From contig JABJMA010000069.1 of the NCBI GenBank assembly GCA_018659605.1, positions 1 through 52,802 on the forward strand: DNA of 52,802 bases, in the 5' to 3' direction. Shown here in pieces: positions 45,457-52,802 of the stretch. Origin of the DNA: Rickettsiales bacterium (GTDB lineage: Bacteria > Pseudomonadota > Alphaproteobacteria > Rickettsiales > JABIRX01). A model generated the notes under the pieces. That model made no database searches. It had not been told where the DNA came from and worked only from the letters and a program-made list of their open reading frames with translations. The position numbers were made by a program, and so were the translations under genes. The first letter of the stretch is position 1. Every line of letters starts with the position of its first letter.

Positions 45457-46922
45457 TGGCTGTAGATATTAATAAATTAAAACAATTTATTGCTACATTA
45501 AGCGGTGAAGAACAAGTTTGGCTAAATGGTTATTTAACTGCAATGGTAGCTGGAGGGTCATCTGTAAGTTCTGGTGGTAGTAATATCCCAAAAACTAAAC
45601 TAACTATTTTTTATGGTACGGAAACAGGTAATTCAAAACAGCTAGCTAGTGACCTTGCTAATAGTTTTAATCAAGCGTCATTTCAAGTAAAGACGCAAGA
45701 TTTAGAAATTTATAAAGCTGTAAAATTAGCCAAAGAAACCAAAGCGATATTTATTATTAGTACGCATGGTGAAGGTGAGTTCCCCGAGTCTGTAAAAGGT
45801 TTCTTTGAAGAATTGGGCATTAAAAAACCTAATTTGAAGAAGTTAGATTATGCACTTATTGCACTTGGGGATAGTTCATACCCATTATACTGTCAATCAG
45901 GTAAAGATCTCGATGCATTGTTATTAGAATTTGGTGCTAGCAATATCATCCCAAGGGCGGATTTGGATTTAGATTATAATGATCATATTAATGGTTGGGT
46001 CCAGAGTTTTATAGCAAAAGCTGGTAGTGGTGATGTAGCTCCGGTTATTACTGTTGCAACTAGCGATAAGGTAGATTTGCATAAAGTGTATCAAGGCGAG
46101 ATTCTAGCTAATATCAATTTAAGTGATGATGGCTCTAATGTTGAAATTCGTCATATTGAAATTAGCTCTGATGAAGAGATTGTCTTTCGGCCTGGTGATA
46201 GTCTATCTTTAGCTCTTAATCCAGAAGATGAATATGTTAAATCGGTCGGTCATAAGGAAGAAAAAATAGCACCAAGATTATATTCTATTGCTTCATCTCC
46301 AGAATATCATGATGGCGAAGTGCATTTAACTGTTAGGGTTGCTTATCACATAGATGAGAATGGTCAGGAAGGAACGGGGTTATGTTCCGGTTATTTAGCA
46401 TCTTTGGCAGAAGGTAGTAATATTGAATTTACTATTAAACCAAATAACCAATTTAGATTGCCGGATCATAGTTTAGAGCAGGATATTATTCTAATTGGAC
46501 CAGGTACGGGAGTTGCACCATTTCGATCATTCTTGGCTGATCGTGCGGCAAATTCTAGCCCGGGACGCAATTGGTTGTTTTTTGGCGCACAGCATTTTCA
46601 TAGTGATTTTCTATATCAAACCGAAATACAAGACTTCGTATCCCAAGGATTATTGAGTAAAGTATCTTTGGCCTTTTCACGGGATCAGGAACATAAAATC
46701 TATGTCCAGGACCGGATGAGTGAGGAAGAGGAAGAGCTATTTTCTTGGATTAAAGGCGGAGCAATTATTTACGTTTGTGGTGATAAGGATCATATGGCTA
46801 AGGATGTTGAAAATACGCTGCTTAACATTATAGGTAAATATGCGCATTTAGATGCGGATGGAGCGAAGGAATATTTATATAATATGAAACAAGATAACAG
46901 ATATTTAAAAGATGTTTATTAA
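45456..46922 (+). CDS. cysJ: Sulfite reductase [NADPH] flavoprotein component (short form)
   Basis: Flavodoxin domain TIFYGTETGNSKQLA, FAD motif RLYSIASS, NADPH domain LIGPGTGVAPFRSF and C-terminal RYLKDVY. 488 aa. Confidence 0.88.
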   Translation: MAVDINKLKQFIATLSGEEQVWLNGYLTAMVAGGSSVSSGGSNIPKTKLTIFYGTETGNSKQLASDLANSFNQASFQVKTQDLEIYKAVKLAKETKAIFIISTHGEGEFPESVKGFFEELGIKKPNLKKLDYALIALGDSSYPLYCQSGKDLDALLLEFGASNIIPRADLDLDYNDHINGWVQSFIAKAGSGDVAPVITVATSDKVDLHKVYQGEILANINLSDDGSNVEIRHIEISSDEEIVFRPGDSLSLALNPEDEYVKSVGHKEEKIAPRLYSIASSPEYHDGEVHLTVRVAYHIDENGQEGTGLCSGYLASLAEGSNIEFTIKPNNQFRLPDHSLEQDIILIGPGTGVAPFRSFLADRAANSSPGRNWLFFGAQHFHSDFLYQTEIQDFVSQGLLSKVSLAFSRDQEHKIYVQDRMSEEEEELFSWIKGGAIIYVCGDKDHMAKDVENTLLNIIGKYAHLDADGAKEYLYNMKQDNRYLKDVY

Positions 46923-46931
46923 GGAAATAAT

Positions 46932-48611
46932 ATGACTGATAAAATAAAATTAAGCGAAGTAGAAAAAATCAAAACCGAAAGTAACTATCTCAGAGGTACT
47001 TTGGAGGAAGGTTTTAATGATCCATTAACAGGAGCTATTTCTGAATCGGACACACAATTGATTAAGTTTCATGGTAGCTATCAGCAGGATGATCGTGAAG
47101 CACGATCACGTCGTGCTCTCAAAAAATTAGAAAAAGCCTTTTCATTCATGCTACGCCTACGTATTCCCGCAGGGAGAGTTACCGCGAAGCAGATGCTGAA
47201 TATCTTTAAAATCACAGATGAAAATGCGACTGGTATTGTTAAGATAACCACCAGACAAACGATTCAATTGCATGGTGTTATTAAATCTAAGCTAAAGCCA
47301 ACTTTGCAGTTCTTTGATAAATTTGGTTTGGATTCCATAGCTGCATGTGGTGATGTAAATCGAAATATTGTTACAGGTAGTAATTTTGAAGATAGTGAAC
47401 ATAATTCAGAAAGTCTGCATAAGGATTTAATCAAATTTACACATGATCTCAGTGAGAAGTTCTTGCCACATACCAAAGCTTATCGAGAAATCTGGCTAGA
47501 CGCTGAAAAGATTACTGAAGATGAGGGGCAAATAGAGCCTATTTATGGTAAAGTATTCTTACCAAGAAAGTTCAAAATGGCGATAGCGATACCACCATTT
47601 AATGATATTGATGTTTATGCAAATGATTTTGGTCTAGTTGCAATTATTGAATCAGGTCGGTTAGTAGGCTTTAATGTTCTGGCTGGTGGTGGAATGGGCG
47701 TGACTCATGGTAATGAAGAGACTTATCCGCGTTTAGCATCTGAGATTGGCTTTATAACCCCAGAGCAAGCTCTAGATGTTGCCGAAGCTGTGGTTACTTT
47801 CCAACGTGATAATGGCAATAGATCTGATCGTAAGCAATCAAGACTTAAATATACTATCGATAAGGTAGGGTTGGATAATTTTAAAGCTGATGTTGAAAAA
47901 CGGAGTGGCATTAAATTTGAAACTATCAGGCCATTTGAATTCAAATATAGAAATGATATTATTGGTTGGCGTAAGGATTATAAAGGTGATTGGCATTATA
48001 CAGTATTTACTGAGAATGGCCGAATTATGGACCAAGATTTTGCTAAATGTAAAACAGCTATTCGTGAGATCTCAGAATTAGGTATTTCGGAATTTCAATT
48101 TACCGCAAATCAGAATCTTTCAATTACAAATATCAAGGAGCAAGATAAAGCAAAAGTTGATGAGATATTGGGCAAACATACCATTCTTGAATATCAAAAA
48201 ACTTTATCAGCAATTAGAATTAGTTCTATGGCTTGTGTAGCTCTGAACACTTGTAGTTTAGCGCTCGCTGAAGGACAGCGTTATATGCCAAGCTTAATAA
48301 CTAAAATTGAGCCATTGCTAGAGAAGTATGGTCTAAAGGATAAAGAAATAACCATTCGTATGACAGGATGTCCTAACGGATGTGCGCGGCCATATGTTGC
48401 AGAAATAGGTTTTGTTGGCACATCGCTTGGTAAATATAATTTTCATCTAGGTGGTGATCGTCTAGGTATGAGGCTCAATACTAAATATAAAGAGTCATTA
48501 GATGAAGCACAGATTCTATCTGAGTTAGATGGCTTCTTTGCACTTTATAGCAAGGAAGGTGGGTCCCAAGATTTTGGTGATTTTATTCACCAATATATAA
48601 GTAATAAGTAA
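46932..48611 (+). CDS. cysI: Sulfite reductase [NADPH] hemoprotein component
   Basis: 559 aa with siroheme/4Fe-4S cysteine clusters (ACVALNTCSLALAE, TGCPNGCARPY). Confidence 0.93.
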   Translation: MTDKIKLSEVEKIKTESNYLRGTLEEGFNDPLTGAISESDTQLIKFHGSYQQDDREARSRRALKKLEKAFSFMLRLRIPAGRVTAKQMLNIFKITDENATGIVKITTRQTIQLHGVIKSKLKPTLQFFDKFGLDSIAACGDVNRNIVTGSNFEDSEHNSESLHKDLIKFTHDLSEKFLPHTKAYREIWLDAEKITEDEGQIEPIYGKVFLPRKFKMAIAIPPFNDIDVYANDFGLVAIIESGRLVGFNVLAGGGMGVTHGNEETYPRLASEIGFITPEQALDVAEAVVTFQRDNGNRSDRKQSRLKYTIDKVGLDNFKADVEKRSGIKFETIRPFEFKYRNDIIGWRKDYKGDWHYTVFTENGRIMDQDFAKCKTAIREISELGISEFQFTANQNLSITNIKEQDKAKVDEILGKHTILEYQKTLSAIRISSMACVALNTCSLALAEGQRYMPSLITKIEPLLEKYGLKDKEITIRMTGCPNGCARPYVAEIGFVGTSLGKYNFHLGGDRLGMRLNTKYKESLDEAQILSELDGFFALYSKEGGSQDFGDFIHQYISNK

Positions 48612-48622
48612 GGTAATAGATT

Positions 48623-49519
48623 ATGCAAAAGCATTTAAAAGCATTAGAAGATGAGAGTCTTTATATTATAAGAGAAGCTGCAGGAGAGTTTAAAAATCCT
48701 GTAATATTATATTCTGTTGGTAAGGATTCTTCAGTGCTACTGCACTTAATCCTGAAAGCATTTTATCCGGCTAAGCCACCATTTAAATTCTTGCATGTTG
48801 ATACAGGTTGGAAATTTAAAGAGATGATAAAATTCCGTGATGAGCAAATGACCAAGCATGGTTTGGATTTAATTACCTATACTAACCCAAGGGGTGATAA
48901 AGAAAGCATAGTTCCATTTGGTAAAACTAGTAAGATCTATACCGATATTATGAAAACTGAAGGCTTACGAAAAATGCTGAAAGATCATGAATTTGATGCA
49001 GCTATTGGTGGCGCTAGGCGTGACGAGGAAAAGTCACGTGCTAAAGAGCGTATTTTCTCACATAGAAATGAATTCCAAGCTTGGGACCCTAAAGATCAAA
49101 GGCCAGAATTATTTAATATCTTTAATACTCAGATAGCGCCAGGGGAATCTATGCGAGTTTTTCCATTATCAAATTGGACAGAATTGGACATTTGGGAATA
49201 TATTCATGATGAGAATATACCACTCGTACCACTGTATTTTGCCAAAGAGCGTCCTTATGTATTACGATCTGGAACGAAAATCATGGTAGATGATGATAGA
49301 TTACCAATTGCTCCAGACGAAGAAGTTCAAACTGGTATGATTAGATTTAGAACTCTGGGTTGTTATCCATTGACTGGAGCAATAGATTCGACTGCTAGTA
49401 GCTTATCTGAGATTTTAGAAGAAATTAGAGCAAGTAAATATTCAGAAAGACAAGGTCGGTTAATAGATGGCGATCCAAGTTCGAGTATGGAGAAAAAAAA
49501 GAAAGAAGGTTATTTTTAA
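48623..49519 (+). CDS. cysD: Sulfate adenylyltransferase subunit 2
   Basis: PP-loop [30 protein letters not shown] and C-terminal KKKEGYF. 298 aa. Confidence 0.93.
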   Translation: MQKHLKALEDESLYIIREAAGEFKNPVILYSVGKDSSVLLHLILKAFYPAKPPFKFLHVDTGWKFKEMIKFRDEQMTKHGLDLITYTNPRGDKESIVPFGKTSKIYTDIMKTEGLRKMLKDHEFDAAIGGARRDEEKSRAKERIFSHRNEFQAWDPKDQRPELFNIFNTQIAPGESMRVFPLSNWTELDIWEYIHDENIPLVPLYFAKERPYVLRSGTKIMVDDDRLPIAPDEEVQTGMIRFRTLGCYPLTGAIDSTASSLSEILEEIRASKYSERQGRLIDGDPSSSMEKKKKEGYF

Positions 49520-49526
49520 CTATTTT

Positions 49527-49576
49527 CCATGGAGGGTTTGTTTGCCCTCAATGGAAGCGCCTAATACCGCTTTTTA
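49527..49576 (+). terminator. Two consecutive hairpins between cysD and cysN; the second is terminator-like
   Basis: Hairpin 1: CCATGGAGGG (49527-36) / CCCTCAATGG (49545-54), 9 of 10 bp paired, with an 8-nt loop. Hairpin 2: AAGCG (49555-59) / CGCTT (49568-72), followed by TTTTA. Confidence 0.3.
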
Positions 49577-49635
49577 AACTTCTTTAAGGATGAAGGTAAG
49601 TAAATAAAATAAAACATAAATTTTAAGGAATAAAA

Positions 49636-50976
49636 ATGAGTCACGATATTTTAAAATTTTTAACTGCAGGTAATGTAGATGATGGTAAATCTAGCTTCTT
49701 AGGTAGATTACTTTTTGATAGTAATGCCGTATATGAAGATCATATAAGAGAAGTTGAAACTTTAAGTAAAAAGTTCAATCAAGATTTTACTGATTTATCA
49801 TTATTGGTTGATGGATTAGAGTCTGAGCGTGAGCAGAAAATAACGATAGATTGCGCTTATCGTTATTTTACCACTGATAAACGTAAATTTATTATAGCTG
49901 ATAGCCCGGGCCATGAGGAATATACACGTAATATGGCCGTTGCTGCATCTAATAGTGATCTGGCGGTGATTTTACTAGATGTAACTAAGCCTCTGCAAAC
50001 TCAGGCAATTAGACATAGCTATATTGCCTATTTATCAGGCATTAGGCATTTTATTGTTGCGGTTAATAAAATGGACTTAGTATCTTATGATGAAGGTAAG
50101 TTTGAAGAAATGACCAAAGAATATCAACGGAAAACCGCCAAATTCTTGGTTAATAGCCAAATTCACTTTGTACCAATTTCGGCTAAATTAGGTGGAAATG
50201 TTGTGAACATGTCTAAAAAGATGGATTGGTATCAAGGTAGAACAGTTTTGGATTTATTGGAAACTATAGATATAACCGAAGATGTTAATTTTGTTGCTAC
50301 AAGATTACCGATTCAGAATGTTGTTAAAGATGAGCAAGATGATAGTAATACTAGATATTTATTAGGTCGCTTAGTATCTGGTAATTTGTCAATTGGTCAA
50401 ACTGTCAAAATATGGCCAAGCCTGCGAACTGCAAATATCACACAAATATTGGTAGCTGGAATTGAGTCTGAAACGGCAAAAATGGGTAATTCAGTTGCTA
50501 TCGTTTTAGATACAGAAACTGATATAGCACGTGGATCTGTGTTAACAGATGAATCAGATCACCCATCATATGATAAGGAGCTATCAGCAAATTTAATTTG
50601 GTTTAAATCAGAGGTAACAAACTTATCTGATCATCCGGAATATCTAATGAAATTAAATCATAATTTGGTTAATGCTCGAATTACTAAGGTTAAAGGTGCC
50701 ATGAATTTGGATAATCTAGAACTTATTGAAACAGATTTAGCAAAGCAAAATGATATTATTGATACTACAGTAAAAATCGCTACAAAACTACCCTTTGATT
50801 ATTTTGCAAATTCTAAACATACAGGGTCATTTTTATTGATCGACAAGGTATCGAATGAAACTATTGCTTGTGGTTTAATAAAATATGTAAATAAATCTCA
50901 CAATAAATCAGGCTTCTTTAGTAAGCTTTTTAAACTTTCCAAGAGTGATAGTAGCTATGATAGCTCCGGGCTTTAA
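49636..50976 (+). CDS. cysN: Sulfate adenylyltransferase subunit 1 (GTPase), without a fused APS kinase domain
   Basis: G1 GNVDDGKSS, G3 DSPGHEEY and G4 NKMD. At 446 aa there is no CysC domain. RBS-like AAGGA lies 8 nt upstream. Confidence 0.9.
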   Translation: MSHDILKFLTAGNVDDGKSSFLGRLLFDSNAVYEDHIREVETLSKKFNQDFTDLSLLVDGLESEREQKITIDCAYRYFTTDKRKFIIADSPGHEEYTRNMAVAASNSDLAVILLDVTKPLQTQAIRHSYIAYLSGIRHFIVAVNKMDLVSYDEGKFEEMTKEYQRKTAKFLVNSQIHFVPISAKLGGNVVNMSKKMDWYQGRTVLDLLETIDITEDVNFVATRLPIQNVVKDEQDDSNTRYLLGRLVSGNLSIGQTVKIWPSLRTANITQILVAGIESETAKMGNSVAIVLDTETDIARGSVLTDESDHPSYDKELSANLIWFKSEVTNLSDHPEYLMKLNHNLVNARITKVKGAMNLDNLELIETDLAKQNDIIDTTVKIATKLPFDYFANSKHTGSFLLIDKVSNETIACGLIKYVNKSHNKSGFFSKLFKLSKSDSSYDSSGL

Positions 50977-51014
50977 CTAATTAAATAGAACTAACTTAAA
51001 TATAAGGTATTAAA

Positions 51015-51947
51015 ATGACAATTTACAGTGATTTAACAGAGCTAGTTGGAAAAACTCCATTAGTAAAATTAGGTAAAATGAATACAAGCAATAATATTGT
51101 AGCTGCGAAGCTTGAATATTATAATCCAACCAATTCTGTAAAAGATAGAATAGCTGTGAGTATGGTAGACACTGCTGAGAAATTAGGTAAAATTAAAGCT
51201 GGAGAATCAGTTCTGATTGAGGCAACTAGTGGTAATACAGGAATTGGACTCGCATTTGTTGCAGCGATTAAGGGTTATAGGTTAATTTTAACAATGCCGG
51301 AATCAATGTCTATTGAGCGTCGTAAATTATTAAAAGCTTATGGTGCAGAAATTGTATTAACTGAAGCTGCGCTTGGAATGAAAGGTGCAGTTGCTAAGGC
51401 TGAAGAGTTAAGTGGTGAAATTAGCAATTCTGTAATCATGAAGCAATTTGCAAATTTAGCTAATGTTGAAATTCATAAAAAAACTACAGCAGAAGAAATT
51501 TGGCAAGACACGGATGGTAAAATTGATATATTTGTAGCTGGAGTAGGAACCGGGGGAACTATTACAGGTGTTGGACAAGTTCTAAAACAATATAATCCTA
51601 ATGTACAAATCGTTGCAGTTGAACCAAAAGATAGCCCTGTATTATCTGGCGGTCAACCTGGGCCACATAAAATCCAAGGTATTGGTGCTGGCTTTATCCC
51701 AGATATTTTAGATCAATCTGTAATTGATGAAGTTATTCAAGTGTCAAATACTGATGCAGTTGAAACTGCAAGGGAATTGGGCAGAAGTGAAGGTATCTTA
51801 GGTGGTATTTCATCTGGTGCTGCAGCATTTGCAGCTATTAAGATTGCAAAACGTCCTGAGAATAAAGGTAAAATAATTACATTCATCTTACCTTCTTTTG
51901 GTGAGCGTTACTTATCTACTGTATTATTTGAAAATATTGCAGCCTAA
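51015..51947 (+). CDS. cysK: Cysteine synthase A (O-acetylserine sulfhydrylase)
   Basis: PLP lysine motif [21 protein letters not shown] and [10 protein letters not shown]. 310 aa. Confidence 0.93.
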   Translation: MTIYSDLTELVGKTPLVKLGKMNTSNNIVAAKLEYYNPTNSVKDRIAVSMVDTAEKLGKIKAGESVLIEATSGNTGIGLAFVAAIKGYRLILTMPESMSIERRKLLKAYGAEIVLTEAALGMKGAVAKAEELSGEISNSVIMKQFANLANVEIHKKTTAEEIWQDTDGKIDIFVAGVGTGGTITGVGQVLKQYNPNVQIVAVEPKDSPVLSGGQPGPHKIQGIGAGFIPDILDQSVIDEVIQVSNTDAVETARELGRSEGILGGISSGAAAFAAIKIAKRPENKGKIITFILPSFGERYLSTVLFENIAA

Positions 51948-52112
51948 AAAATTTTGGGTATAAATATAAGATTGGTAGTTGTTTCTGAACTTTATAAATT
52001 GATAGTTTACAAGTTCATCAGAGTTGTAAAGATTTAATTTCTGCTACTGATCATGTAAAAAAGATATATATGTTATAGCTTCGATTTATCTTATGATTAA
52101 CTAGAATTTATC

Positions 52113-52595
52113 ATGCAGAAAGTTTCATTATTTATAGATGTACAAAACATCTATTACACCAGTAGGCAGATTTATAATTGTCATTTTGATTATAATAAAT
52201 TCTGGAGCATCGCAACAAAAGGTCGGAGCGTATATAAAGCAATAGCTTATGCAACATATCGTGATGATGCTAAGCAAAAACAATTTCAGAATATCCTGAG
52301 GGGTATTGGTTTTGAAGTTAAATTAAAACCTTTCATCGAAAGATCAGATGGCTCTGCCAAAGGTGATTGGGATGTTGGTATTACCATTGATATAATGGAG
52401 CATGCAAAAAAATCAGATATAGTGGTATTAGCTTCGGGAGATGGTGATTTTGATTTATTAATACAAAAAATAAGAACAGATTATAAGCTTACAGCAGAAG
52501 TTTATGGAGTAGAAAAACTTACAGCTAACTCTTTAGTGCATTCAGCATCACAATTTATTCCAATAAAAGAGGATTTGTTACTTAAGAATCGATAA
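52113..52595 (+). CDS. NYN/LabA-like (DUF88) domain protein
   Basis: VSLFIDVQNIYY N-terminus and VVLASGDGDFDLLI motif, both typical of NYN-domain (PIN-like) proteins. 160 aa. Confidence 0.7.
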   Translation: MQKVSLFIDVQNIYYTSRQIYNCHFDYNKFWSIATKGRSVYKAIAYATYRDDAKQKQFQNILRGIGFEVKLKPFIERSDGSAKGDWDVGITIDIMEHAKKSDIVVLASGDGDFDLLIQKIRTDYKLTAEVYGVEKLTANSLVHSASQFIPIKEDLLLKNR

Positions 52596-52628
52596 TTATA
52601 CGGGTGGAGTTTTTCAACCATAAATATT

Positions 52629-52802
52629 GAATTTAGTAAATCAAGGGCGGGAGGACCCCGCCCCTACGAGTTTCGACATTCGTTATGAAATATGAATTAT
52701 GTAATTGGGTGAATATGTGATTCTCACCATTAACGTGTAGCTATGTTAATTATGTGGTGGATGATCACCCCGTAGGGGCGGGGTCCTCCCGCCCGTGATT
52801 GA
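52629..52802 (+). repeat. Full copy of the MITE-like element running into the window edge
   Basis: Left arm GGGCGGG-AGGAC-CCCGCCC at 52645-52663, then the core. The perfect right arm GGGCGGG-GTCCT-CCCGCCC at 52776-52794 is followed by GTGATTGA. The outer flank GAATTTAGTAAATCAA resembles GAATTCGGTTAATCCC at 5875. Confidence 0.85.

Noticed and set aside
1-52802. Search of all intergenic regions for tRNA, rRNA, transposase, integrase, toxin-antitoxin, retron or DGR signatures
   Set aside because: No cloverleaf-like GC-rich segments other than the tmRNA acceptor piece were seen. No rRNA-like sequence, reverse transcriptase or recombinase ORFs were found in any frame of the ORF track.

Overview
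This is an AT-rich bacterial chromosome segment, roughly 30-35% GC by eye, with about 48 supportable protein genes and one RNA gene. The RNA gene is a circularly permuted, two-piece tmRNA. Together with the phoU-gpmI-lepB-rnc-era-fmt housekeeping block, it points to an alphaproteobacterium. An ankyrin/HExxH/CaaX effector-like protein, GC-rich palindromic MITE-like repeats and a TAXI-TRAP uptake system suggest a host-associated, Rickettsiales/Holosporales-like lifestyle; this is inference. Layout: (1) 1-8.6 kb is an accessory-looking stretch holding a SPOR-like protein tail, rarA, a lipoprotein + ASST-like + small membrane protein + PAPS-type sulfotransferase module, an orphan prepilin, a degenerate intradiol-dioxygenase-like protein and tadA. 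(2) 8.7-18 kb is housekeeping plus an ABC exporter. (3) 18.1-20.4 kb is a 759-aa effector-like protein. (4) 20.7-30.4 kb holds ispA, usp, TAXI-TRAP, a chorismate-mutase-domain protein, metXW, glnA and a GNAT. (5) 30.5-36.8 kb is an LPS core cluster (GT9, GT2, GT4, ligase-like, hldE) plus an AhpD-like protein. (6) 36.9-42.9 kb is cusCBA. (7) 43.1-51.9 kb is a complete cysG-cysH-cysJ-cysI-cysD-cysN-cysK cluster. It is preceded by a 28-codon upstream ORF ending YCCLCCCC, which I consider the most interesting signal: a candidate cysteine-sensing leader peptide. A ~150-190 bp repeat with hairpin-forming GC-rich terminal inverted repeats occurs at five intergenic loci. No CRISPR array, rRNA, tRNA, transposase or integrase could be supported.
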